Virus record (IMG/VR): IMGVR_UViG_3300028392_000041 | Location: 1 to 64,000 of that record | Length of the DNA: 64,000 nt | Source of the DNA: a virus | Direction: 5' to 3' (one strand) | Part shown: positions 30,001 to 39,635 of the stretch, one piece after another | How positions within the stretch are numbered: the stretch's first letter is position 1 | Layout: every line of letters starts with the position of its first letter | Notes under the pieces: generated by a model | Database searches by the model: none | Told to the model about the DNA's origin: nothing | The model's input: the letters and a program-made list of their open reading frames with translations, nothing else | Made by a program: the position numbers and the translations under genes

Positions 30001-33000
30001 TATCTGTTACAGTATAACTACCAGCATATCTACCCCAGCCACCATTTAAACTGTAATCTCCTCCAGTAGCACCATATGGATTATAACCAGCATAGTCGCG
30101 AGTAGTGACGGAAGTTCCTGTCCATTGAGTTTCCCAAGCATTCCAAACAGTTCCAAGAACTCCTGCCTTTTCAGCAAGAGTTGCGATAGTATTAAAATCG
30201 CCTTCTTGATTTTGTACAATATCTGGACGACGATTTACTTCAAACCAAGTGTCGCTTGGTGGATTCAACTCAACATTGCCCAAGAAAGTAAAGATTGAAA
30301 ATGGGTTAATATTTTCTATACGAGAAGCATATGGTTGGGTAATAATCGGTGTAGTAGTATATGGTAATGTGATTAGATTACCAGTAATTTTATAATTTGC
30401 TGCAGAACGAGCTGTATCAGTTGAAACTTTTTCAATTAAATTTACATTCTGCATAGAAAAGAATGGACGGAGTTCGTTCTTTTCCATATCAATAGCGCAG
30501 TAGTAATCAACATTGGCTGCATCACCAACACTATGGCCACTGAAATTATCAACCATAAAACCATTTTTAAAACGATTTAGTCCTGTAGCTGGATCTGTGA
30601 TAGTCAATGATTCTGTTTGTTGTTCAAGCAATGACAATGATGTATAATACTCAATGTTATTAATTCTTGCTTCTAACTTACCAATATCACGCATTGTATA
30701 GCGTTTGTTTTCAATTTTTGTTACTCCAACACTTTCTGGAGCTGTTGAGAATGTGTATGGTTCAAGTCTAAGAGTATAAAGAACCATAGAATCTTTTGGA
30801 TCTGGTGGTTCTGCAGGATTAAGATCAGGTGTTCCTGATCTACTGAAAAACTTACCAGTTTTATCAATCGCAATTTTATCAATTCTTGCCAAGTAATATG
30901 AAAAATCTGTTTGTATTTCTTGTCCACGCTTAGGAACTAAATTTGATCCTGCATCAAAAGTAGAACCATCAGTAGAAATTCTTGGGCGGAAATCGATAGA
31001 ATCTCTTAATGAAATATTTCCATAGTAAGGAATTCTCTTATAGTCAATATCTTTGTAAGAATTTACTGAACAATAATCCCCACCACTATGTGTGAAATAT
31101 TCAAATGTAACTTGCACTGGACCACTTGGAACAGTGAACGATGGTTTTAAAACCAGTTTTGATATACCATAGTAAGTAGATGTTTGACCATTATCGAATG
31201 TGTAGTGATCGCTAATATCAATAGTATAAGTTCCATTCGGACTAGCAAATGTTCCAGCATCCATAAGAACACTAGTAACACGATATCCGTCAGCCTGTCC
31301 AAGACTTAACAGAGTTACTTGTGCAGCTGCTTGAGTTGTAAAAGTAACTGTTCCTGGATTTAATGTCTTAACTTTTTCTGTACTTGATGCGCCAGTTTTA
31401 GCAATAGTGGCAATAACACTGAAACGACTTGTTCCAACATATCCTGTTCCTGAAAGAACTAGGTAACCAGTTGTGGTTCCGATATTACTATCAATCGGTT
31501 CAACAATTAAACCAGTAGTATTATCAATAACAATGTAATTTACTTTAGTGTAAGGCGCAAGAACACCAGAAGTAGTGCTAAGACTTACTTTTGTATTTCC
31601 ACTAAAAGTAGTTCCAGCAAGAGAATCAAACTTTTGATATGCGTAATAAGTTGTTTTATTTGTAGTTCCATCTAAAGCACGCAATGATTTAATTCCAAAA
31701 TATGGAAGTTCAAAAATCATTTTTTCATTTTGTGGTTCAACAAGTGTAGTAGAAACACGATCAATAGTAACGCCAGTTACTGTGGTTGCTTGATCAACGA
31801 CAATAGAATTCTGTGAAGAAATAGTAACAACACGACGATATGTTCCACCTAAAGAAACATAATCACCAACGACTAAATCTGTCTGAAAAGAGGTACCAGC
31901 ACCAGTAATTGTTGTGCTAGAAGAAGCAGTTGCAGAACCAACTAAACGAGTAGCCACTGGGACAATATCAGCAGAAAAATCAACAACTGATCCACCACCT
32001 GAATTATCGTAGTAAATTCCTTTAACATTACGCTTAAAGTCATAACCACTGGTCATTTTTATATCAAATAAACCAAGTTTATATTGAGCAGAGGTTGAAC
32101 CGATTGTTCCAGTATCCCACTCAATAAAACGAATACGAGCAGTACCGATAAGTCTTGAAGAAATATAAGAGATACCAGTGTTAGCTGATGCAGCATTGGC
32201 AGTCAATGTTAAAGAAGTATCAGAAGCAATGCTTAGTACAGTTCCAATCGCAGTACCATCAGTTTTACGGATAATACTACCAACAACATGCTGCGTTGAG
32301 AACTTCGTAGAAGTTCCAGTAATTGTTGCTGAACTTGTAGTTGTTGTAATAGTTCCTGGCTGAACTCCTGAAGGTGGAATACCTGGAAGGGCAGTTGCTA
32401 ATCCTGTAGTTGTAAAATTTGAATATAATCCAACAGTTGGAAATGTATCAACAAAAGGAACTGAGTTTACAGAATTTACTAAAACATAGTTACCAACTGT
32501 TGCTGGTTGGAATGCCCCAGCCACTTGAACTGTATGGGCATCATTTCGACATTTATTAATGTATACATATTCAGTTGCAACTTTTTCTAACTCGTAACCA
32601 CTGACATATGCTTTTCCTGGATCGAGCGCAATTGCTAACTGACCATCAGATCCAGTTTTACTAATTCCACGATTAAACGAAGGAACAAGAGTATATTCCC
32701 AATTGATACCACCAGCGCCATCATAAGCCGAACCAGTAGTATGTGACGGAGCAGTACCAGCAGATGTTCCAGTATTTTTGGCAGTATAGTAATTTCCATT
32801 TACTAAAATTACATCACCAATTATATAAGAAACACCAGTGGTCGTCCATGTTCCACGATTATTATCTCTTGCTTCGCGAACATCAACATTAAAAGGACGA
32901 ACAGTGTAGTTACCAGACTCATCATAGGTACGACGAGCCATTGTTTTTTCTAACTCTGAGTATTGTGTTGTATTAACAATGCGAATAATCGTTCCATTAG

Positions 33001-33817
33001 AAACTTGCAGTAATTCAATAAATGTATCGTCTGCAGCACTGTTTAATGGTAGTTTTGATAAAATTAAATCTATGTGATAACGATGTGCGCCAGGAGCAGC
33101 ATAGTTATAAGAAGTCTGAGCATTATCTAATAATGTAGAATCTTGTTCTGGTGTAATTTCTGCTTCAATAACACTTAAACCAACACGATATGAAGGTGTG
33201 TTAGTATATTTGTCAAGAACAATAACCTGTTCTTTAGTTGTATGTGGATCAGCGCAAAGAACAAAGAAACCATTAACATAGTAAACACCACGCTCGACAG
33301 TTGCTAAAGAACCAGTACCAGTTGCTGAACTCGATGCTGCCTGAACAGTTCCCGAAGCATCATCTAAAGTAATTACTTCACCATCAGCAAAAACTTTTTG
33401 AGTTCCAGTTGCACTAGTTCCTGATGGAGTTCCAGATGTATTATAACGAACATAAATCGTTGTTGGATCTGTAGAAGTTGCAGACACAACTTTAATAATT
33501 TGTGCTTTTAATCCACTTGATCCAGTAATATACTTACCAGCAGTTCCTTGAATGAATGATTCTGTTGTAACAGTACCATAATCTTTTGTTAATTTTACAT
33601 ATTGAGCATTACAATCAATAGAAATTTGACCAGGAATAACCATTGCGCCCTGTTTGTAAATTGCGCTGCCATGTCTCTGAATCTGATTCTGTAGAATGGT
33701 TTGTAATTGGGTTAATTCTCTGGCTTGAACAGCAAACGATGGACGAAACAAAATACGATAGAATTTACTATCTTCGCTGTAGTCATCATTATACGGTTCG
33801 GTATTGAAATCTAGCAT
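27026..33817 (-). CDS. Very large virion structural protein (VrlC/DUF4815 family)
   Basis: PYNDDY...FYRILFRP..AVQARELTQLQ, APGAHR, ARRTYDESGNY, RYTMRDIGKLE, FKNGFMVDNF, DPLAQTF, C-terminal VRDLRVIA. Confidence 0.88.
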   Translation of the reverse strand: MLDFNTEPYNDDYSEDSKFYRILFRPSFAVQARELTQLQTILQNQIQRHGSAIYKQGAMVIPGQISIDCNAQYVKLTKDYGTVTTESFIQGTAGKYITGSSGLKAQIIKVVSATSTDPTTIYVRYNTSGTPSGTSATGTQKVFADGEVITLDDASGTVQAASSSATGTGSLATVERGVYYVNGFFVLCADPHTTKEQVIVLDKYTNTPSYRVGLSVIEAEITPEQDSTLLDNAQTSYNYAAPGAHRYHIDLILSKLPLNSAADDTFIELLQVSNGTIIRIVNTTQYSELEKTMARRTYDESGNYTVRPFNVDVREARDNNRGTWTTTGVSYIIGDVILVNGNYYTAKNTGTSAGTAPSHTTGSAYDGAGGINWEYTLVPSFNRGISKTGSDGQLAIALDPGKAYVSGYELEKVATEYVYINKCRNDAHTVQVAGAFQPATVGNYVLVNSVNSVPFVDTFPTVGLYSNFTTTGLATALPGIPPSGVQPGTITTTTSSATITGTSTKFSTQHVVGSIIRKTDGTAIGTVLSIASDTSLTLTANAASANTGISYISSRLIGTARIRFIEWDTGTIGSTSAQYKLGLFDIKMTSGYDFKRNVKGIYYDNSGGGSVVDFSADIVPVATRLVGSATASSSTTITGAGTSFQTDLVVGDYVSLGGTYRRVVTISSQNSIVVDQATTVTGVTIDRVSTTLVEPQNEKMIFELPYFGIKSLRALDGTTNKTTYYAYQKFDSLAGTTFSGNTKVSLSTTSGVLAPYTKVNYIVIDNTTGLIVEPIDSNIGTTTGYLVLSGTGYVGTSRFSVIATIAKTGASSTEKVKTLNPGTVTFTTQAAAQVTLLSLGQADGYRVTSVLMDAGTFASPNGTYTIDISDHYTFDNGQTSTYYGISKLVLKPSFTVPSGPVQVTFEYFTHSGGDYCSVNSYKDIDYKRIPYYGNISLRDSIDFRPRISTDGSTFDAGSNLVPKRGQEIQTDFSYYLARIDKIAIDKTGKFFSRSGTPDLNPAEPPDPKDSMVLYTLRLEPYTFSTAPESVGVTKIENKRYTMRDIGKLEARINNIEYYTSLSLLEQQTESLTITDPATGLNRFKNGFMVDNFSGHSVGDAANVDYYCAIDMEKNELRPFFSMQNVNLIEKVSTDTARSAANYKITGNLITLPYTTTPIITQPYASRIENINPFSIFTFLGNVELNPPSDTWFEVNRRPDIVQNQEGDFNTIATLAEKAGVLGTVWNAWETQWTGTSVTTRDYAGYNPYGATGGDYSLNGGWGRYAGSYTVTDTTATVVGQSRTGVNTKVVAKIDTQLVNDRVLSTAVIPYIRSRNILIQTSGLKPYTKFYPFFDNVAVDAYCTPATKITYSGAVDFDSTSNVGANTTDTARLINGDTNICLNTGDVVTGIGASGITASGATAVVVGTEKILDDSGNVTARNIYVVNIKGTFATGESIRGSVSLVTGTAITVGTIKSAGSSIYTDVNGKVQMLFTIPSTDLVRFRTGQRQFTLTDVSTNDVTYTSKGNGQYYAQGVLETKQATYMSTRNGILVQNQVSDTQTITQTTSRLVGSGSVYYDPLAQTFQIQSRGGAFLTSVDLFFATRDKRIPVHIEIREVINGAPGKTILPFSQVTLNPEQVNISTNTVTLPDGTIVPSYDTPTRFTFPSPVYVQDLGEYALVVASDSNSYKAWISNMGDQIPGSSRMISEQPYAGVLFKSQNGSTWTANQDQDLKFTLNRAVFQTNTIGAVQFSNDVINKTVLDNNPFETNIGSAKLKVFHPNHGLIASSYAVLSDNDSRNIYGYTPTSGTISVNTGTTAVTGTGTVFRTDIGTLTSGQGAVLYTAETTPRLIGVIASVTSGTPGDTAATLVVNSAVTYTGAFTIAPSVNGIPVTEIYGQKTVDRVIDNDSYVIITTTTGKKTGYSGGDTVTAIGNIQYNAAQPQAQYQDFADTSTVFYMQTTSGESINDTPNTQSPYTLDSLTNGLANAVAINSNNYWSTPRLIASTSNQSLMATPGKTLTLQAQISTTNDAVSPVIDSNRMGLIAISNTINSPSESVVNYGDLDQIALISSSINSGSQNKIAITTTGISSTDSTAKGLLATLQVGKYVTISGSGTSGNNQTGLITAVAADGSSVSITMPNALSAVAAGDNITLVFRNTFIDEISPRGSSTHSKYVTKKVSLASPANTLKIRMSVNSPTYSNLLVYYKTSPVGTKNSYSTINYVLVTPDTLFPKVQYGDTPFTDVDYTITGLTAFDAFTVKLVFTSTNSSEVTRVRDLRVIACT

Positions 33818-33850
33818 GTTTTACTCTTCTTTTATGATTCAACTATTTAG

Positions 33851-36800
33851 TTAGAATGTTATGATAGTTCTAAGGGTAACTGTTTCGTCGGCTGATGGCG
33901 TAAATCCAGCTTTGTTATCAATAAACAACATATCACCTGAATATTTATCAAGCGTTGGATTACCAACTGCAGCAACACTAACAAATTGATTGTTTATATT
34001 GGTCATTTGATCTCCAACTTGTGGAGTATCTCCATCTAAAGACGACACCAACAAACTTGTTCCTGTATCATTTGTTGCTATAATAATATATCTTTTTTGT
34101 TCTGAATTACCATCAACTGTTCTTGGAATGGTTAAAACCATATCCCTTTTAAAGTTTGTTGTTAAGTAAGTTCCAGAAATAGTAAAACAACCAGAACCAA
34201 GTGGATCGGCAAATCTATTAGTTGTGTTATAATATCTTGGGTTCTTTATGATACCAACTTGACGATAATCGTTCGCTACATCAAATCCTTGGTTTTTATC
34301 TCTAGAAACATTACTGTAGAACATTAATGTCTTTGAATACAATTCATCAAACGCATCTTTTCCATGGCCAGCTGCTGGAGAAATAATTGCTCTTGCTGTT
34401 GCCCCCTGAGCTCCAGTATTAGCAGTAATTACAACATCAGCATAAGTGTAATTTGATCCTTGATTTGTAATTGTAATTTTACTTATTACACCACCAACAG
34501 TTGTAGCAGTTGCTGTTGCTCCAGTACCATCTCCAACAATATTAACAGTTGCGACTCCATAATTATAACCACCGCTAATTATTTGAATATTATTAATTGT
34601 TCCAGGAACAGTAAGCAATTCATTATTTGCTTGTAATGTATTAATATTACCAATAGAAATGTCAGGAGAAAGTTTACATCCAGTTCCATCACCTGTTGCA
34701 GTAATGGTAGCAGAACTGTAACCAACTCCTGGATCATCAACTTGCACTCCAACTAATTGTCCATTCTCAAGAAGTGGAATTAGTTTCGCATTAGTTTGAG
34801 ATGATTGAAAAGATGCCGAAAATCCTGTTCCAGTTGTCGTATTGATAACAACTGATGGGTTTCCTGAATAACCAAACCCATATCGCAACACTGCTGTTCC
34901 ACTTGCAGAATAACCAACCCACTGTAGAGAAGCTGTTCCATCAGTAACAATTTGACCAAGTGTTGTAGATGTTGGAGAAGAAGAACCAGTTGTTCCTGCA
35001 GTTGTTACTGTGTATAATTTTGTTCCTACAGCAAACTGTTGACCCAATGTTACGACAGTAGATGATGTCCAAACAGTTCCGATTGTTACTGTTGGTACAG
35101 ATGTATAGTTGGCGCCAGCATCAAGAATTTTAATTCTTTGAACAACCCCAGCTGGAGAAAGAACAGTAGTTGCTGATGGTAAATTGAGCGAATTGGCCAG
35201 AGTATGAGAAGAACCAACTCCTGTTCCTGTTAAATTAATTGCTGTTCCTGCGATTGCGTTCGCATAAGTTGAAGCCAATTTAACAGCAGTCGAAGAAGAT
35301 TTAATAACATAATAAACTGTGTTATTAACTAATCCAGGAATTGTTGTTCCGCCACCATTTGAGTAAATTACTTTATCTCCAGAAGAAAACCAATGAGATC
35401 CAATGGTAATAACTTCAGATGTTGTATTAACGATACTACCATCAAATGTTTTTGTAGGAGCAGTAAAAGTAATGGTTGGGTTTGATGTATACCCAGAACC
35501 ATATGAAGTTAAGTTTACTTCTCTGATACCACCCAATGTATTTACTGATGTAATTGCACCTGCAGTAAATGTTAATCCTGTTAATGTTCCAGCAGTTGTC
35601 GCAAGAGCAGTCCCAGTTGTAGTTGTTAGTGTGAACCCAGTAACACTAGGAGATGTTCCAGTTACAGCAGAAACTTTATATAAGTTTCCTGTTGTATATC
35701 CAGTAAAGGTTGCAGTTCCACCCTTTGTTCCAGTAATTTTAATCACATCTCCAACAGCAAGAGAAGAAGCTCCACAAGTAAATTGCCCAGCAGTTCCTGA
35801 AATTGCGATAGTAGAAGCAACAGTAAATGAGTTAAATGTTGGATATGCTTTAGCAGTTTCGCCAATAAAAGTTAAGGCGCAAGTCCCATCAGAAACTGTT
35901 CCATCTCTAAATGCTGGTTCAGAAACTCCTGTAGTTCCAGCCTGAGCAACTTTATAAATTTTACCTGTTGAGGTACCAATAAGATTTCCAAGATAAACAG
36001 CAGTACTTGCTGCCCATGTGCTTGTAACTGTATATGGAGGAGCAATAGAAATAGTATCTCCATCAACATATCCATAACCACCTGTTGTAATTGAATTGCT
36101 TCCAAGATAAACAGGATCATTGGCTAAGTAACCATCGCCATTAACTGTTAATGTCATAGAAGTATATCCACTACCACGAGAATCAATTTTTACTGCTTCA
36201 ACACCACCATTGGAATAAAATTGTTGACTTAACGCAGTAACAACAGGGAAATATTGGTCATTTAAAAATTTAGTTCTTAATGCCAACGGCACATTAAACA
36301 TATATTTCCAAACATACCCATCTGATAGAGAGATAGGAAGAACTTGTGTTCCAATTGGTTTTGCTGTGGATTTTGCTCCATTATTATTGTCAAGACATTT
36401 ATATACATTATACTCATCTGTCATAACATAAAATTTTGCATCTTCTATGGTAAACGCACCAGTTGAAGAAACACCAATAACACCATTAGCAACTGCTCCA
36501 AGACCAACTCCAGTTGAATCAGTAATCGTAACCTTTGGAGGATTTGTGTAACCAGAACCAAAGTTGGTCATGGTAATAGCAACCACCTCGTTATTATATG
36601 TTGAAGCATACGCTGTCGCCTGTGTACCACCAGCAAGATCAGGCGGATCAATAGTTACTGTAGGAACAGTAAGATAATTTGAACCACCTGCTGTAATGTT
36701 TACACCAAGAACTTGTGTTGAATATTGATCATCGTAAATATCATAAACAGTATTAAATACCCAATCAATTCTTGGAACAATAAATGCAACATCATTTGAT

Positions 36801-37012
36801 TGGATTTGTTTTAATGTTATAATATTATTACGAGTATCTCTTTCATATCTTAAATCGTCGATTGGATATGGTGGCGAAGTTTCATCTGTCCACGCTAATG
36901 TCTTACCCAAGAAGTAATAATATCTTGATGAGTTTGACAGAATCTCTTTGTACACACCCTCCGCAATGGTTTTATGTAAAAGAGACTTAATGAGAGAAGA
37001 TGTTGTCGCCAT
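33851..37012 (-). CDS. gp8: Baseplate wedge subunit gp8, expanded by inserted domains
   Basis: YYYFLGKTLAW, FYVMTDEYNVYKCLDNN, DGYVWKYMF, DYRQVGIIKNP, YSGDMLFIDN. Confidence 0.85.
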   Translation of the reverse strand: MATTSSLIKSLLHKTIAEGVYKEILSNSSRYYYFLGKTLAWTDETSPPYPIDDLRYERDTRNNIITLKQIQSNDVAFIVPRIDWVFNTVYDIYDDQYSTQVLGVNITAGGSNYLTVPTVTIDPPDLAGGTQATAYASTYNNEVVAITMTNFGSGYTNPPKVTITDSTGVGLGAVANGVIGVSSTGAFTIEDAKFYVMTDEYNVYKCLDNNNGAKSTAKPIGTQVLPISLSDGYVWKYMFNVPLALRTKFLNDQYFPVVTALSQQFYSNGGVEAVKIDSRGSGYTSMTLTVNGDGYLANDPVYLGSNSITTGGYGYVDGDTISIAPPYTVTSTWAASTAVYLGNLIGTSTGKIYKVAQAGTTGVSEPAFRDGTVSDGTCALTFIGETAKAYPTFNSFTVASTIAISGTAGQFTCGASSLAVGDVIKITGTKGGTATFTGYTTGNLYKVSAVTGTSPSVTGFTLTTTTGTALATTAGTLTGLTFTAGAITSVNTLGGIREVNLTSYGSGYTSNPTITFTAPTKTFDGSIVNTTSEVITIGSHWFSSGDKVIYSNGGGTTIPGLVNNTVYYVIKSSSTAVKLASTYANAIAGTAINLTGTGVGSSHTLANSLNLPSATTVLSPAGVVQRIKILDAGANYTSVPTVTIGTVWTSSTVVTLGQQFAVGTKLYTVTTAGTTGSSSPTSTTLGQIVTDGTASLQWVGYSASGTAVLRYGFGYSGNPSVVINTTTGTGFSASFQSSQTNAKLIPLLENGQLVGVQVDDPGVGYSSATITATGDGTGCKLSPDISIGNINTLQANNELLTVPGTINNIQIISGGYNYGVATVNIVGDGTGATATATTVGGVISKITITNQGSNYTYADVVITANTGAQGATARAIISPAAGHGKDAFDELYSKTLMFYSNVSRDKNQGFDVANDYRQVGIIKNPRYYNTTNRFADPLGSGCFTISGTYLTTNFKRDMVLTIPRTVDGNSEQKRYIIIATNDTGTSLLVSSLDGDTPQVGDQMTNINNQFVSVAAVGNPTLDKYSGDMLFIDNKAGFTPSADETVTLRTIITF

Positions 37013-37026
37013 TTTTTATCCGAAAA

Positions 37027-37479
37027 TTAAGATACTGTTACAACCCAAGTAATTGCGATTGAATCACCAGCTGCTTTAGCAACTGATGGGAATACTGTAC
37101 GGCAAAGTAAAGTACCACCAGAAGATGCATTTAAAATACCAGCTTCTTGCACACCTGGAGATGTTGAAGTTCCAGTACCTGCAGGGAAAGTGGCAGTGTA
37201 AGTAACTGTATTAGTAGAAACAGTTGTTGCTGAGAGAGTTACGCGACCACCCTCTGCAACTAAAGTTGAATCGCTTGCTGAAGCAGCAGTTGAAGATGTT
37301 CCAATTGCCATATGAGTCATAGCAGTATAAGTTGTGTCTTTCATTCTTGATGCGATATATGCTTTACCAGAAGTAACAACTAAATTTGGAACTTCAAATT
37401 TATTGAGTAGTTCGCCTTCAGAATTAAAGTGGGATACACTAACCATCCCAGTTGGTTTTAAATTTTCTTGAATATTCAT
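37027..37479 (-). CDS. Small virion structural protein
   Basis: NLVVTSG...HMAIGT...EAGILNASSGGTLLCRTVF...K..GDSIAITW motif. Confidence 0.65.
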   Translation of the reverse strand: MNIQENLKPTGMVSVSHFNSEGELLNKFEVPNLVVTSGKAYIASRMKDTTYTAMTHMAIGTSSTAASASDSTLVAEGGRVTLSATTVSTNTVTYTATFPAGTGTSTSPGVQEAGILNASSGGTLLCRTVFPSVAKAAGDSIAITWVVTVS

Positions 37480-37513
37480 TTGAATAAGATCTCCTATTGA
37501 GGTTTAATTAATA

Positions 37514-39634
37514 CTATGTCTGAGGATTGGTGTCAACAGTTGAACCAAATTTTGAGTCCACAGTATTGTCGTAAATAATCGGATGGATACTAAAATAGCC
37601 ACCCTGACTATATGGATTCTTTGCTACATAACCATCATCTGCCGATGACATTGTTTCTGTATCTGTAAGATATTTAGTGACATCTCTGACGATAGAATCG
37701 CTTGGGGTACTGATTGAATCAGATAAAGATGTTCCAATATCAAAAGTTATTGTTGAGTCGCTTTGGGTACTGATTGAATCGGTTAGCGATTTTCCAGTCA
37801 ATAAAACCGCACTATCGCTTGGGGTGCTGATTGAATCGGATAATGATTTTCCAGTCAATAACGACGCACTATCGCTTGGGGTACTGATTGAATCGGTTAG
37901 CGATTTTTCAACGCTGAATGCTTGCGTTTCTGTTATTAACGCTGATTCTGTTAATGCTTTTGCTATATTAAATATTAAGCCACCTGCAGTATCTCCTGCA
38001 TCTATCGTTCCAACAGAGTCTTTTAAACTCAATGCTAAAATTCTTACAAGAGATTGTAAAGCAGCACCGATATTAAAATTATTTGATATCTGATATTCAC
38101 CAAACAATGCTGTTCCTGCAGGATGAACCATAGTTCTTACAGCAGTTTTATATGAAGATAATCTTTCATCAATTTGTAAAACATAAGAGAATGCTTGGTA
38201 GTATTTACTATCTTGAATGAAGATAGAGTCGCTTAAGAACCCTGCGTTTGATGTATAATACCCTGGATAATTAGCAAGAGAACCCAATTCAATTTTTAAA
38301 ATTGCTTGATTTTTACTTACTGAAGAAACAACTTGACTAATTGCTTGTGTAGTAAATGTTCCAAGAACTGAACCAGAATATGTACCATCTACCCAAAACT
38401 GTTGATCAACAGCAGTAATTGTAACAGTAGGAGGAGATGTATATCCTGATCCAGCATTAGTTACAGTTATAGCAGTAATAACACCATTTACAACTGTGGC
38501 AGATCCAAGTGCCGTTACACCAGAAGTTGGTGGTGAAAATGTAACAGTAACAACATTACCATAGTTAGATCCACCAGAACTAACATCAACAGTATTTACA
38601 GTACCAGAAGAAAGTGTAGCAGTTGCTACCGCACCACTACCAAAGGTATAAGCATAATCGAATTTGTTGATATATCCCTGCTCTGCGCTACCATTTGTTG
38701 TTTCTGTAATATTTACAATGTTACCATTAACAAGAACAGTAGAAAGTAAGGGTTGAATTGCAGTTGTAAAATAATCTTGAGAAGAATTAATTGATATTGT
38801 AAAATCTGTAGAATACCCAATACCGAATTTAATAAATTCGCAAGAAAGAATACTTCCAGCAGTAGCATCTCCAACATATTGCGCTGTTGTTACACGAGTT
38901 ACTTTTAAAATTGATCGTACACCATTTCCGTTTTTAAGTTCAAAAAGTTGACCAGCTTTAAACCCAGAACCACCTTCAAGAATTGAAACTTTAGATGTAG
39001 TTGCTACAATCGTACCAGCAAAAATTGTTTGATAACGAATAACATCTCCAACTTCAATGTTACCGAAAAACCTTCTATCAATAAAAATTTCATAAGTGTT
39101 GTTACTTAATTGAACAACACGATCAACTTCAACTTCAACATATTGGCGACGATCAACTAGAACTTTGAATGTTGTATTCGGTTTAATAACATCAACCAGT
39201 TTACCTTCAATTAAATCAGGTGTTCCAGTGGAAACTTTAATAAAAAGTGAAACATCTTTCTGCCACCTACCATCAGATGCGCGAAGCATCTGTGTTCCAG
39301 GGTATTTTACTTGAACATCTTTATTATAGAGAAGTTTAAACAATAATTTAAAAGATTGTTCGCTTCCTTTTGCCAAATAATGATTTTTAATATTTTCAAG
39401 TAAAAATGAATCACTAACTTGTAAATCTGCTGGCATATTAATTGCCAACTCATTTTTAAAATATTTAATAAAATCGTCTAGTGTTGTGTCTAGATCTCTT
39501 AGCGATGTAAGATCAACGCCACTGTTGTCCAAATACTCATAATATGCCTCAATAAAGGCAACGAATGTTGGATAGTCTTCCCTAACAAACTCAGGAACTT
39601 GTGTTGGGATTAAAGATGGTGAAGATATACGCAT
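37514..39634 (-). CDS. gp7: Baseplate wedge initiator gp7-like
   Basis: QVPEFVREDYPTFVAFIEAYYE, YLAKGSEQSFKLLFKLLY, IQDSKYYQAFSYV, VHPAG; lies between gp6 and gp8. Confidence 0.78.
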   Translation of the reverse strand: MRISSPSLIPTQVPEFVREDYPTFVAFIEAYYEYLDNSGVDLTSLRDLDTTLDDFIKYFKNELAINMPADLQVSDSFLLENIKNHYLAKGSEQSFKLLFKLLYNKDVQVKYPGTQMLRASDGRWQKDVSLFIKVSTGTPDLIEGKLVDVIKPNTTFKVLVDRRQYVEVEVDRVVQLSNNTYEIFIDRRFFGNIEVGDVIRYQTIFAGTIVATTSKVSILEGGSGFKAGQLFELKNGNGVRSILKVTRVTTAQYVGDATAGSILSCEFIKFGIGYSTDFTISINSSQDYFTTAIQPLLSTVLVNGNIVNITETTNGSAEQGYINKFDYAYTFGSGAVATATLSSGTVNTVDVSSGGSNYGNVVTVTFSPPTSGVTALGSATVVNGVITAITVTNAGSGYTSPPTVTITAVDQQFWVDGTYSGSVLGTFTTQAISQVVSSVSKNQAILKIELGSLANYPGYYTSNAGFLSDSIFIQDSKYYQAFSYVLQIDERLSSYKTAVRTMVHPAGTALFGEYQISNNFNIGAALQSLVRILALSLKDSVGTIDAGDTAGGLIFNIAKALTESALITETQAFSVEKSLTDSISTPSDSASLLTGKSLSDSISTPSDSAVLLTGKSLTDSISTQSDSTITFDIGTSLSDSISTPSDSIVRDVTKYLTDTETMSSADDGYVAKNPYSQGGYFSIHPIIYDNTVDSKFGSTVDTNPQT
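37697..37908. repeat. Four coding tandem repeats (57-60 bp; unit KSLxDSISTPSDSxxLLTG) in the gp7-like C-terminus
   Basis: Core TCGCTTGGGGTACTGATTGAATC recurs four times, in frame, with 1-nt variants. Confidence 0.85.
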
Positions 39635-39635
39635 A

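Noticed and set aside
37697-37908. Regularly spaced ~23-bp repeats resembling a CRISPR array
   Set aside because: The 'spacers' are similar to one another, the period is a multiple of 3, the repeats are in frame within a protein gene, and no cas genes are present
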